DNA of 64,000 bases from Ramazzottius varieornatus. Lineage: Eukaryota; Animalia; Tardigrada. The position numbers and the translations under genes are program-made. The notes under the pieces were generated by a model. That model saw only the letters and a list, made by a program, of their open reading frames with translations, was not told the DNA's origin and did not search any database. This document shows positions 1 through 13,312 of the stretch, one piece after another (within the stretch, counting starts at the first letter, position 1; each line of letters begins with the position of its first letter). The DNA is taken from the NCBI GenBank assembly GCA_001949185.1, contig BDGG01000001.1:7638149-7702148 (forward strand), given 5' to 3'.

Positions 1-3000
1 TCCTCTGGCTAACATCAAGCATCCTTACCTGTCTTGCAGTATGCTCGGCCACCATGTCACTAAAGTCTTCGGGTTTAGAGATGTTGGACTCTTCGCGCAT
101 CCTCTGCTCTAGACGAGCTTGCATCGTCTTCTCATCCAGCCCTTGTTCCAAATCCAAAGGGTCCAAAGCAATGGCCACTCCTTCTGTACCCTTGCGTGTT
201 TTTGCCCCAGCCTACAAGAACAAACTACTTGAAAAAGCACATCGCGGAATATAATTATGGAATATAATAATATTTGGGAGATCCGTAACAGACTCGACAA
301 GATCGTGTTCGCAAGTCGCGCACGCTTTCAGTGTAATTAACTCAGGACGTGCGCCACTTGGATAGACGATTTTTTCCATGGGTTTGCCGAGCCTTCCTTC
401 CGACACTGCATTGAATATGGCGCATTGACCGGTTCATATTCAAGTTCTGTGCCCAATGGCTATCGAAAGACAACTGGCTCACAGAAGGACAATGACCAGT
501 GAAGTTATCAGTCTGAACGGGAGGATCAGTGTCCTATTGTTATCCACTTTGGATCTCCCAGTAAGAATCCCACGTGTCCCCACGCGAAATTAACTGGGCC
601 ACAGTAATTGTTAAAGAACGTATGCGCAGCCAAGAAGTGCGCGAGAAATATTCATCGCAATATTACTGAATGGTCACTTCGGAAAGGGATAAGAAAGACT
701 TACACCCGGAATATCGTAGACGTGAGTCGAGCCCATAACGGCATTGGCCACCTTGTCCACCTTCTTTTCCGGCAGAATAGTGTACAACTGCGGCGTCGCA
801 TCCCTACAAAAAAAACCCGAAAACAATGTAAAGCACGGTAAATGACCTTCATCTGTGTCGAAAAATGGGACGGTCGCAATGATTTCACCAGATTGTTTTC
901 CAAAAGGCGCACGCTCTCGGCCAACAATGAAAACGTGCGCCACTTGAAATAAAAACCTGGGGGAAATCCTTTACCGAGGTGCTAGATTACTTCGAAATGG
1001 GCAAGAGAAAATTCATACCCCGATTCCATTTCGTATTCGATCTTTCTCTTTCGCAGTTCGATAGAGTCAGGAGTTTCCAGACCAGCAGGCACGGATGAAG
1101 CTCCTCCGCTGGGTGTAATCAACCTGCCCAAAACAAGATACTTCAGACTTACCATTCCTTCAAACCTCTTCAAACTTACCCTTCAGCGGGAGTAGCTGTT
1201 CCTGTTGGGTCCACTTCCGCTCCTTCCTCGACAGCAGCACCTTCCGGTTCGGCTTCCTCTTCATACTCGGGTTCTTCCTCCGCTTCCAGTTCACCCCATG
1301 GTTCCTTCTCCACATCGGCTTCTGACAGAACAGGCTAAGGATGCAGACAACGTTTAGCAGCCAGTATACTTCATTCCAGTTTGATCGGTACGAGTACAGA
1401 AACCTACCACTTACCACGTTAGCGCCCATTGTCCCGAAGACGTCGCCATAGAGCGGTCGGCCGGTCTCATCAACAGGTGGCTTTCCCCAACCGCCAGCAT
1501 GATAGCCGAACGTGCAGCCTTCGGGTATGGGTCCGTTCAAGCCAGGGATTTTGAGGTTGGGGTAGGATGGCGGTGGACCATAACGCTGCATGGCAATCAG
1601 CCATGGCGGTGGGTACTTCAGCGCATTCTGTAAAAGTAAATGCACCGTTGTGTCAAACGATGCGGAAATCCCCTACCTCTACTGATACCATATCGATTGA
1701 CAAAGTAAGATTGACGTTATCAGATGTCTCACTATGTAACCTGAACCTGCTTGAGAATTTTCGAGCTATATGAATATGGAGGCTGGCAAATCCCGAGTAC
1801 AGTAACCCTGCAGAAACATTAATCCAAGTGGCGCACGTTTCCAGCCAATGACAATAAACATGTGCGCCACTTGAGGTAACAATCCCGAACGTTTCGTTTG
1901 CCGACCTCTCATATTTCATAGCTTCACAACAAGTTTACTTTCGAAAATACGTTAACGAGGGACAGGTTTTTACCGGTCCGATTGGCATGCCTAATGCAAT
2001 TCGCAGGTCGTCCGTGAGTTCACCCGGTTTCTTGTCCTTCAGTTTCGTCTCCAGTTCCTTTCCCTGTAAACAGACCGGAAGTGAACAAACTGAACTACAT
2101 TTTGATTTTTTGCAGAAAGAGGTAATGTGAATTTGTGATGAGAAAGTTCTACCTCGTAGTAGAGTTCGCCATGCATGGTCATCGGAGGCTTGGTCTGATG
2201 TCTGAAGAAAGCGTCATGGAGCTTCTGGTAGTCAATCTCGATTTTGCCCATCTTCGGTCGGACCTTTTCCCTCATCTTCGATTTCAAGGTCTTGGTGTCC
2301 TCTTTCTCCGCAACCGCTTGTCGCATCTCCATTATGCCGGTTCGCTTGATGAACTCGGGTAGGTTGAAAGGCGGCTTCTCGAAGCCTCGCTTGCCTTGAA
2401 GGTACTTGCGCTTGAAGCACCAATGCCGCGGAACGGGAACGGTGTTCCTTGTAGACTAAAGACAAACATTTTAACCAGACATGCCAAGGAACCTTCGAGA
2501 AAAGAGCAGTTACTGTATGAGAAAATTCAGGACAATTCTAAGACGTTTCACGCAGCTACATACACACGAGAATTAACAGCTCCATTAAAACAGTATGCAG
2601 GTGTGTGAAGCTGCAGTTATCCACCTGCCTCACCCGCCTGCATACATGCTACCGCGAAGGTAACCCGTAAAAATTGTGTTCAGGCACTCAACGCTCACCA
2701 GGATTGTTCACAAACTTCCCAAGACCCTGTTTGAAATGATTCTACTTCGACAACAGTGACAAAATTACATAGCGTATACCTTTAGCCAGACGAGGAGTTT
2801 GGGGTCGCTGGAAGTGACATCGTGCATTTCGACAACGTCGGGACGAGTCACGGACTGTTTGAGATCGGCTACCGTCATTCGATTCTGCTTCTTCAGCTTC
2901 CGTCGCGAAATTTTCGATTCGTCTCTCTTTTCTTCTTCCTGCTCCTCGGCAAGCTTGGGGGCTTTGAAGTTGGCCTTGCTGGCTGCTTCTTCGGTTTCCT

Positions 3001-4207
3001 TCGTGACCTCCTCACCTTCTGGCTTGTCATTCTCAATCTACAACACACACACACAAACGCATTTTCCTAGCTCTGGTACTATACTACGTACTCTACCACA
3101 ATAAATTCAACGGCACGAAGAACCAATATGGCGGAAGGTGACGGAAGTTCTTACGCTAAATTTTCCAAAGACGCTCAGAAAATGCGCCGAGTTGGGGTCT
3201 TTCGTATCCAACTGCAGCTTCTCTTCGACATATCTAAAAGCATAAAACCCAATCATAAGAGTCCGATAGGAATGACTGCCGTTCAAAACTTTCGAACGTC
3301 CTTCGCTCAAAAACCAGATAAATCAATCATGATGCAGACTTACTCGACTTCGATGCCTTCTTCCTCCACACCAGAATCCTGTTCCTTCCTTGCGTCTTTT
3401 CCATCGTGCTGGCTTTGCTCCTGATGCTGTTGCTGCTTACTCTTCTTCTTCTTATTCTTCCGCTTCCGTCTGGCCTACCAAATACATCGACAGGCATGTT
3501 AATCAAAATCCCCATGAGCCCGTAACATAAATCCAATGGTGCGAAACACCCTCCAGTCAGTTTGTCCATCACTCGTACTTTATCGTTAGCCGAGGTTGAT
3601 TTCTTATCTCCTCCTTCGTCATCCGCTTCTTCGCCATCAATACCTTCATCCTGCGTGGTCGGACTTTGAGATCCATTCGTACTTGTGAAGTCTATAGAAA
3701 TAAAATATAGAATTCTGGTTAGTCTGACGTAACACAGAAAAAATACAGCGATTTCTCACCTGAATCTTCTTTGACACCGAGTTCCAACGCGCGATCTTTC
3801 TTCAGCTGGAACACTCTATCCAGTACAGACGGTACATTCCCTCGGCCAGCTGGTCTTCTGTTCTGATGTAGATCCAACAGTGAAGACTGTGGTTGCTGTT
3901 GTTGCTGAGAAGGCTGTTGCTGCTGTTGCTGCTGTTGCTGCTGCTGCTGTTGCTGTTGATGTTGCTGCATTTGAGGTGGTAGGTGTTGAGGAGGTGGATG
4001 GAAGGGAGGTGGTGGTCCATGTTGTTGTTGATGTTGCTGCATTCCAAACTGCGGAGTTAGACCAGGGGGTAGACGCATTCCTTGTGGCATCGGTCCAGGC
4101 ATTGGAGGAGGCATTCCATGTGGCGGAGGTGCCATTCCTGGTGGGAAGTCCCCGCCGAACTGTGGCGGACGGTAGCCCGGAAACCCCGGAGGCGGTGGCA
4201 TCGCCAT
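1..4207 (-). CDS. SF3B2: Splicing factor 3B subunit 2 (SAP145/Cus1), multi-exon, 3' end beyond left window edge
   Basis: Exon translations contain diagnostic SF3B2 peptides: LKQSVTRPDVVEMHDVTSSDPKLLVWLK, VPVPRHWCFKRKYLQGKRGFEKPPF, MREKVRPKMGKIEIDYQKLHDAFF, PPPWLIAMQRYGPPPSYPNLKIPGLN..GYHAGGWGKPPVDE (PSP domain) and EDFSDMVAEH. GT-AG introns join the pieces. The start at 4207 (MAMPPPP) is uncertain because an upstream exon is possible. Confidence 0.95.
292..392. repeat. Intronic fold-back repeat (GGCGCAC hairpin family), SF3B2 intron
   Basis: ACTCGACAAGATCGT..AAGTCGCGCACG..loop..CGTGCGCCACTTG..GACGAT..TTTGCCGAGC. Confidence 0.85.
1824..1907. repeat. Intronic fold-back repeat (GGCGCAC hairpin family), SF3B2 intron
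   Basis: CCAAGTGGCGCACG..loop..TGTGCGCCACTTG..TTTGCCGACCTC. Confidence 0.85.
3889..3970 (-). repeat. CAG/CAA trinucleotide tract encoding poly-Gln in the Pro/Gln-rich SF3B2 N-terminus
   Basis: (tgc/tgt)n run on the + strand; the translation reads QQQHQQQQQQQQQQQQQQQPSQQQQQPQ. Confidence 0.9.
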
Positions 4208-4347
4208 CTTTGTATCTGGATTAACTGTCGAATATCCGAGGCGAATGCTGGAAGAAGAAATGAGACACAATGTTACACACAGACGAAGGGAGATGTCCGC
4301 GAAGAACGTTTAACGTTTATTTATCGCGAAGAGAAAAATCCAATTAT

Positions 4348-4992
4348 CAGTGTTATTTTACTGTGACTTTTGGAGTTTTAATTCCTATTACGATCATAAT
4401 TCCTATTACGAAATTCTACCAGATTTTATAATTTCAATTGCAGAAAACGGTTCGCGTGAAATTTCTATTATCTATTAATTTTACTTGTGTTAGCAGCAAC
4501 AATTTTTAATTATTGTAATTGTGGGCGATCCAACATGGCGCATTTTACGCCTTGGTGACGCACTGGTAGCTTTTCGCATTTTGAATCAACGCACCGCAGC
4601 GGCACAAAACGCACCATTCACGGTGCGCGAAATGAAACCATGTGGTGCGCAGCTCGTTTCGTATGACCCGGTGCGCAAACTGAGCTTATACGCAGTACCT
4701 AGGTTACGTTTTGCGGCTGTTGTCTAATGTCAAACAACGAAAACCATGCGAAAAATACCCTAGGTCGCCCATTTTCGGCCCTTTTTCCGCACTTTAAGCT
4801 CATTGTCATCGCAGTTTGGCTCATTTTAATTATCTATTTTACTATCCGGCCATCCAGCCAATTTTACTATAATTTTACTATATAGTAAAATCCGTTGCCT
4901 GGGTTTGGCAACTTTGATTATAATAATAAAATTCAAAACGGCCGATTTTCGACCATTTCCAATTACCTATTACAATCACTAAAATAACACTG
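4348..4992. mobile_element. Non-autonomous hAT-type MITE, family 1, copy 1
   Basis: 13-bp perfect TIR CAGTGTTATTTTA/TAAAATAACACTG. 8-bp TSD ccaattat/ccagttat (1 mismatch). An inverted sister copy lies at 38522-39199. Confidence 0.9.
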
Positions 4993-5623
4993 CCAGTTAT
5001 CCAAAAACGAAACGTAAAAATCGTCCTATATGAAGATTGCGATAACCGAGTGCCCACAAATCAACCTCGTAACACGGCAATCAATCGACAGCCTCTCGTT
5101 GTAATTTTCATCGGACAAATTAACGCAATCTCACTGTTACTCCAGCGCGTTACTTCTAGCGGTGGACGGATGATTTTCTCAGCGAATTATTCAAACCACG
5201 GAACGGCGCCACATCACAGAGTACAACTAACTTAGGAACGGGCAATCAGTCAATCAATATTTTCCAGATGGGAGATATCTTTCCGAATATCATCTGAACA
5301 CCCTACCTCTACTTCAGTAGGGTAGAATCTGCACACTGGTGACAAAATTCGGTGTTTGAGTATGTCCACGGCAGGTCGTACGTGATAAATGAGAAAATCA
5401 TCCGTCCATTGCTGGTCACTTCCGAATTGGCGAATTCTGATCCGTTCCAATGGCTTCGGTTGATTAGGCCTCCTGCCTGCGGGCTAGTCAGCGAGGTGGC
5501 CTTCGTCCAGCCAAGCTTCGGTTCTGTTCTTGTCTTGCAGATCGAGCCGGAAAAGACCACGCGCAGAACTATTAGGAACGTCTCCCTATGCTGGACTACC
5601 TTGCATTTGACAGCTGGAGAAAG

Positions 5624-8600
5624 ATGGAGCATGCGGACGACGATCTAGACCTGCACCAACCCATTGAATGGCAACCGGAAGTCGAAGCCTTCCCCAACTT
5701 TGTCATGCTGGTAGTCTCGAAACTTGGCCAGGAGACTGCAGAATGGAATTATGACGTCCGGCCAGAGGAGAAACGACTGACCATCTACATGCTGAGTTAC
5801 AAACACGACATGGTGGTGGTCGACACTTGTTTGTCTTTGCACTTCCGGTCGGAACCACCTGATGTACCGGTATCCTGTGCGTATTCCCTCACTCCTACAT
5901 TCAGCACCAAAGGACAACAACAGACCTGCTGGCTGCTCTTTGGACGAAACTTCCTGATATCTGTCGCCGAAGTTCCGAGATTGCTCCGACGTTTGGACCA
6001 AGACAGGTTGGAGCGAGACGCAGCTCCGTGTCCGTCAGCTAAGAAGGCAGAAAAGGATGGGGTTGCACACGAGGCGTTTTCTGAGTTCACGAAGCAGGTT
6101 GTCCCCCAATCTGGGCAAGAAACGTCGGCGTGGAAATACGATGTTCAGCAAACGGAAAGAAGGATCACGGTTTTAGGCTGGCTTATACGCACCACTTGGC
6201 TGAGATTGCTGACTGTCTGTCGCTGCACTTCTTCCCCAGTCCGTCAGTTCTATATGTGCACATTTTTCTTCCTCTTGTTAGCGCGGAGGGTAAGCGAATT
6301 GACGCGTCGGTCATTCGAAACGCACTGGGCAAAGACGTTGTGACTACACCGGAAGATGTGCAAAGTGTGCTGCGCCACTTGGACCGGGCAGTTACAGACG
6401 ATGCAGTCGGCGGGCCATTGCGTCGCGAAGAACGAGAGTCTTCTGTAGACAGTCTCGATGAGTGGATAGCGGAGTACGAAGAAGACTCCGAAGAGCGAGG
6501 GATGGCTGTGATAGCAGGAAATGAGCCAGCGAGCAAGAAACGTCGACTGGAAGAAGATGCGAAGGGGTCTTCATTCAAGAAGAAGGGGAAGGCCATAGAA
6601 GAGCTAGTTGTTCCGAAGGAGGAAGAAGAGGCGCTCTTCCAGAAAATGCAATTACAAAACACGCCAAGCTTGAACTTGAACACGATTCCTTCCTTGCCTG
6701 TACATAAGGACTCTGGAGGGACCATTCTGTCGTCGCAGTACTGGAGAAACCAGACAAGGAGTGGAGAGAAGCTGAACTTTACGGTGGACAACGTGAGCAA
6801 CGTGGTCTTGGAGAGCCTACCGACCCTTTCAGAGGACGTACATGAATCCAAAGAGTTGTTGGCTGACAGTGCAACGTATGCTTGGATGCTGCTGGAACAT
6901 CTGCTGGGTGGTAAGAAGGCGATTTCCCGGACTTTCGCCTACACTTCCAGCGGGACTTGTCCCATCGAGAGGAAGGAAATTGTCAGGATTGTAGTCAAAC
7001 TGTGTGACGCCGTTGTCGGTACGTATGGCTAAGATGTTAAATTTGCTGGGTTTCCATCGATTAAATTCAGGCGAGCAAACTCGACCAGACCTGTGTTCCA
7101 ACTGGCGCAGGCCCTCAGTATAATTGGCTGAAAACGCGCGCAACTTCCTGCAGGAAACGCAGCAAGATCGTTTTCAAGTGGCGCACAATTTCCGCCAGTA
7201 ATACTGAATGTGGGTACTTGTGGAAACAATCTTGACGAGTGAGCTCCTATTTGGCGTTCAGGATGTATCGGTTGTACCTTCGCAGAACATATGGAACGGA
7301 CCTTCTCATTGGCGAACAAGGAAGTAATTCGCGCAAAAGCTCTGTCGATGCTTCTTCCGATACTTAACACTCCCTATAACCACATGAGAGGATACAATGG
7401 CAGAGCGCGCTTTCCGTCCGATGAGTCTCTGCGTCAACTTCTGAAAGGGAACTCGTACCCTGAGAGCGGTAAGATACTCAGCAGAACTTGTACTGTATAC
7501 TTCTAAGTCGGACGAACGCTATGACTTATGGGAAGAACCGTGGTAATTGATGTTCTTTAGGTATGGAGCAGATAGCCGATGGTTTCGACTTCTCCTTGGA
7601 CGAAAATATGCTTGAGTTGAGCGGGGAGCTTTATAAAGAAGATGACGAGAAACTGACAGTGGTCAGTCGTTGGGGTCGTTTCGCCATGGATATCGTGGCC
7701 GAGTTGGTTGGTGGCATCGAAGCACTGAATCGAGTCCAGGAAGAAACTGCAGGCAAAATGCTGGCTCTCATAGGGGAAGATGTCTTGGAGGCTATATGGA
7801 GTATGTCTTAACGGGGAAGTACTGAAACACTGTGTTCCTTAGTCCTTACTGACATGGAATCGTTTTCTCATTCTCAAGTGGCGCACAGTTACAGACAATA
7901 ACACCGAAGACGTGCGCCACTTTGGATGATGGACTGGCTTAGTTATTTTGTGCACGTTCCAAACAATCCGCCGATCTTTTCGTTTCAGAGAGAGCTCAGA
8001 GTACGTTTGGTAAGAAGGCCGGTCCCCCTCTGACAGATTTCCGAGTCTTTGTCGGGGACTAGACGCGGCTGAAGAAGAATGGATATGGAGCCAGAGTCAA
8101 CGTCACCAGCAACAAGACGCTGATGGCCTCCGTCCTCTTCCAACCTTCTGCCGCATTAGTATGTGGCATGGATGGCCCACCAGCGGTTCCTGGGTGTAAC
8201 TACTGGACGAGCCCGGCCCCTCACCGAACGCGCCTGTCTCCGAACAGCAACCTCTACATGCAGACTGTCAGGTTCGTTGGTGCTGTTATGCCCGTGCATT
8301 TTCGGGACCTGGGCAAACAGACTTAAGAACATTGTTCACTCCAAGTGGCGCGCGATTTCATCCAAGGACTTCGAGAACATGCGCCACTGAGAAGAGCAAA
8401 CGCAGTCGGCATGTTTGTTGTTCCAAGTGGCGCACGGTATAAACCGATAACACTACGAGTGCGCCGCCCGGAAAAGTCTCTTCTCATCGGTTGATGTCCT
8501 GCTTTCAGCTGCGTGTTTTTTGTAGGTTGGCCGAGTTCCAGCGTTAGCTGGGTCCCGAGCGAGGTAAGAGCGTAAGCTTGTATGCCAACAGGGACTATGC

Positions 8601-9187
8601 ACCTTACCTCAGAGCTCTCTCAGCGTATGCCGTTGGGGGAGATGAATACCTCCTCAAATAACTGTTGGAACGGAGGAAAGGCAAGCCCACTGCAAAACTT
8701 ACGGCCCTCCTAGAGAAAGAACTTATAGCTCTGACCTTGCTGGAAGCCCAAGCGTACTGGCGGAAGCCAGCGCCCGATCGAACACAGCTTCGACCGGGCC
8801 ACGATGTCTACATCAGGACCAAGATACTGGAAAGTATCGCCTCTTACTACGGTCCCGGGTCCAAAGAGGACTGCATCAAGAAGCACAGCTCGGCTTTCAT
8901 GATACATATGTTGGGTGTACCGGAAGTGGCGTTCAAGTTGAAGCATGGGAAACCCTTCTGTTCGGAAACTTCGTTCGCTCTTTGTGATTGAGGATCTGCT
9001 GGCGCTCTGTTTGCACTCGAACGAAGTGTTTCAGTTGGCTTTTTCTATCTCTCCTGAGGGCAGTTTGACATATGCCAATGCCAGAATAAGCCGTTGCAAC
9101 AATGATCGGGAAAATGTCTACGTGGCAACAAGACCTGGACGAAAGGTGGAACTCGACTCGCTGCCTTCAGCTCTTGATCCTGAATAA
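5624..9187 (+). pseudogene. Unknown family copy A (2 N-terminal domains + BEN-like repeats), pseudogene
   Basis: Carries the family motifs WNYDV/WKYDV, SSQYW..AWMLLEHLLGG, GFDF..RFAMDIVAELVGG, CNYWTSPAPHRTRLSPNS and YWRKPAPDRTQLRPGHDVYI. Lesions: frameshift near 6170-6180, in-frame stop QR*LGP near 8546, rearranged junction near 8730 and frameshift near 8965. Confidence 0.85.
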
Positions 9188-9481
9188 CTTGCGCCTATTT
9201 CTTTCAACTACGAAGCAATGGCGTTGTTTCAGATTTCGGTTTCTAGAAGCTTACAGCTTTTTGTGCCTTTTTTGTCGCATTTATTGTGATACCATTTGGT
9301 CCTTTGTGCTTGCTATAACGTCAACTTTGGACTTTGGAGGTCGGCAGACGAAACGTACGTCAGACGATCGTTCTCTCAAGTGGCGCACGTTTCCACTGTA
9401 CTTCAGCGGAAGCGTGCGCCTCTTTGGAAAACAAGCTTGTACGTTCTGTTCGCCGGCCTCCCATTTTAGTCCAAATGTCGG

Positions 9482-12400
9482 CTTTGGTCGTTCATCCAGC
9501 TCCGAAAAATACCAGCGCGTTTCACCCTTGTCGTACTGCTGTAAAAGCCGACTGGAAAAGACTTCGAAACAGACGTACAGCAGTCTCTTGGCAGTCTTCA
9601 GATTGTTGCCTGGGATGGCGTACAGGTGTTCGACATGTTCTGCAAGAGACTCTTAGTGTTGACCTAAACCATGCATAAAGGGGAAAATCTCGACCAGATC
9701 GTTTTTCCCAAGTGACGCATGGCACCAGCCAATAATACCAGGAACGTGCGCCACTTGAGATAACAACGTCGCCGAGTGTGTCTGCCGAGCTCCCGAACAA
9801 GTCGAATAACCAACAAGACCGTACCAAATTTGGCACCACCAGCGCTTCGTCCAGTGCTGCCATTGTCAATCCTTCTTTGGCTTTCCTACGTTGCAGGAGC
9901 CTCTTCATGACGACGTCTTCTCCACCCACTGCATACTGTACCAGCGCTTTCAGGTAAGTAGTGTGCTCTTTACTGCCCGCGCCCGTAACTCTTTTTTTGG
10001 TGCTCCGTTCGGGACCCACCTGACGCTGATACTCGGCCAACCTGAAAAATGGTAGCGTGTTAGATTCCTCGCATCGTCTAAATCTGACAGAATTTCCGAT
10101 CCTCGATCGCTGAAACTTTCTGAAATGTGCCGTTTAGTTTCGCCACGAATACCAGCATGCTATGACTGAATAATGAAGCAACCTGGTCAACCACGAGTGG
10201 GATTTTGTGGCAAAAGGGCTAACCAGCTCGCAAAACATGATCGACAAGATCAGTTATCTAAGTAGCGCACTCTAGCGGTGGTGCTAGTTGAACGCGTGCG
10301 CCACTTCAAAAGCTGATCTTGCCAAATTTGTTCCCCCGAACAAGATAGGTGAATGAGTGGTGAATGTTCATCGACCGCTCTGGACTCACTCTACAGTGGT
10401 TCTACTAAGTGGTTGGTGATAGTTTTCCTCAGTCAGAATTCCTGTACAACATTCAGTGATTGCGAAGAGTATTACAAACCTAGCAGTTAGCATATAAAAG
10501 TCGCTGTTGGGTGCAAGACGCGTTCGATGAGAATCGGGACTTGTCCAGTAGTTGCAGCCAGGTTCCGCTGATGGATCGTCCACTTCAGGAACTAGAACCG
10601 CCGGACCTGGTAAGGTACCAGGAACAGAAGCGAGAACTGTTGCTGACGGGAAGAGGAGCGACGCCATCAGGTTCGTAGTCTGTCCCACCGCGATACCACT
10701 CCAGTTACCTCTAAGGAACATATTCCGAACGTACAGCCGAAATGGCTTGTAGGCTAGATCCCCTTCTGGTCCGAAGGTTTTCTGAGCCCTCTCTAGAAAT
10801 AAAACTGGTCGGTAATCGTTCAGACCAATTAAAGGAAACATGGGAGCTCGGCAATCGCGCACTTTTCCAGCCAAAAACCCTGAAAGCGTGCGCCACTTGC
10901 GCGAACGCGACAAGCTCGTTCTGCCAAGTAGCGCACGCTCTCGACCAGAAACACTGAAAACATGCGCCACTTGAGAAAGCAGTCTTTGTCAATTTGTTTG
11001 TTTAGCTCCCGTATGGGGAAAAAACTTAGCTTACCATATATGGCGTCGAGAAGGTCCTCACCGATCAGGGCCAGCGTATTGCCTTCGATGTGCAGCCTCC
11101 CTTTGTGATGGTATCGACACCTCCAACCAGTTCGGCCACGATGTCCATCCCGAAGCGACCCCATCGCTAGACCACCTTCAACTTGTCTGCTTTCTCCCTG
11201 TAGCCCGCCACCATTAACCGCAACTTCTCTTCGTCCACGTAAAAGTCAAAGCCACGTGTGACCTGCACTTTACCTACGATACATAATTAGTAAGCACTTC
11301 CCCCTCGCTTGTTTAAACCAACGATGTTCGAGGAGCTGGTTACCTTCGTCGGGATACGAGCTTTCTTTGAGGTACTCGCGGAGGAACAGGTCGGAAGGAA
11401 AGCGAAATTTAGCCTGTTTGTATCCCTCCAGGTCTCTGTACCCCACATCAGTCAACGGCTTCATCAACGACAGGACCTCTACTCGCACTTCCTCCGTACC
11501 TTCCACGGAGGAGGATCGCCCCATGTGCTCTAAAAAAACATCACTACATGACACTGATTCACTGAAACGAGATACGATAAATCACCATCGACAGTTACTA
11601 CCATGTGAAACCTAGTACGCCCACAACTGAAGCTCGAGATAAGCTCGAGAAGATTGCTTTTCCGAGCAGCGCACGTTTTCATTCAGTTAAACTGGCAATG
11701 TGCGCCACTTTTGGAAACAATCTTGTCGGCAAACAAACTCGCGCACGTTTTCGCTGTTATCGACTAGAAGCGTGCGGCACTTGGGAGAAACAATGCTGTC
11801 GGACAGGTTTATCGAGCTCCCTTTAACTTCATACCGAGAATTCCATCGCAGAGGTCGACGACAATCTTCACCAGTTTCTTCCTGTCGATGGGACACGTCC
11901 CACTAGTAGTGTAGGTGAAACTTCGGCGTACGGCTTCCTGACCACCCAGCAGATGCTCCAGCAGCATCCAAGCGTACGTTACCCTGTCAGCCAACTGGTC
12001 TTCGAACTCTCCCAGAAGATTAGGCAGGCCTTCCAAGGCTTTTTTATCCACGAAGATGTCAGCTGTGCAATTCAGCTTTTCCCGACTTGCTGCAGGAACA
12101 GTCCAGTACTGCGACGACAGGATGGTCCCTCCACAACCTTCATGTACAGGTAAGGAAGGTCTATCGTCCAGGTTCAGCTTCATTCGTGCTCTTCGCACTC
12201 ATCTCAGCAAATTACATCGTTCTCCACTTCGCCACCGGCATCAACCTGCTTCCTTGTCTTTAGTTTCTTCAGAGCAACTGGTAATTCTTCCTCTTCATCA
12301 ACCAAGCGTCTCTTTGCCGTTGGTTTCATTGGAGGCTTTTCCGGAGAAGCCACTTTAGTTTGGTTGGATCGCCGTACCTGTCGATGCGATTCTACTTCCG

Positions 12401-13312
12401 CTTCGTCCTCTTCTTCGTGCTTCGATGCGCCAAAGTCTGGACCAATTTCTTCTCCACCAGAGTCTTCTTCGTAGCGTGCAGCCCAGTCATCGAGACTATC
12501 CTGAGACTCCACAGACTTGCCCCGCTCTTCGTGGTTCTCTCCAACGATGGTAACTTCCTCGTCCATGTTTCCAGTGTCATACGGATCGTCCAAACTATCA
12601 AGTATCGTCTGGACATCTTCAGCTGACGATACGGTAGATTCACCCAGCACTCTGTTGATGAACGATGGCTGAGCCTTTCTTTACGCCGGAGCTGAAGACG
12701 GGAAGGTATGTAGGTGTGGAAGGTTCAGCTGGGTTGGCAACGAATTGCAGAGACAGACAGTCTGCCATTACGGCAACGTTGTCCTTGTAGCCCAGCTTGA
12801 CATTATGGTCTCTCTTGCTCTTCGATCGTCGTACTTCCACGCCGCTGTCTCTTGTCCAAACCGTGGAACAACCTGCCTTTCAAAGTCCGAAAAGTTATCT
12901 TGAGACGCTTCACTCGAAGCAACAGAGTCTTCTCGGAGGCGATCATTGTCCAACTGATCCAGCAAAGCCTGAACGTCGAGCGACGATGTCAGAGCCCTCT
13001 TGCCAAGAAGGTTCTGGATAAATGGCGAGTCTTTCTTCTGTCCGCCGGAGCTGAAGGTGGGAGTGAGGGAGTAGGTGGAAGGGTCGGAAGGTTGGAAAGT
13101 GAACTGCAGGCAGAGGCAATCGTCCACTGCCGCGACGGCTTCCATCTCGTCCGTGTACTTTAACGTGAAGATGGTCAGCCGCTTCTCCTCCCTCCACACG
13201 TCGTACTTCCATCTCGCCGTCTCCTGTCCCAGTTTGGGACCACCAGCATGACAAAGTCCGGGAAGGCGTCCACTTCCGGTGGCCATTCCGTCAAGTGACT
13301 TGTTTCCTTCAT
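9482..13312 (-). pseudogene. Unknown family copy B, pseudogene truncated at ..DERPKP
   Basis: Same exon series as copy C. A 1-nt deletion relative to C near 13240, further frameshifts near 12825 and 12645, and the last exon breaks off at ~9482. Confidence 0.85.

Noticed and set aside
5250-5648. Overlapping short ORFs upstream of copy A
   Set aside because: No recognisable motif, non-ATG starts, and not conserved upstream of the other five paralogs.
6183-6851. 222-aa Ser-rich minus-strand ORF and similar antisense ORFs (e.g. 21652-22101, 15923-16609, 47225-47776)
   Set aside because: Shadow frames opposite real exons, with no independent motifs.
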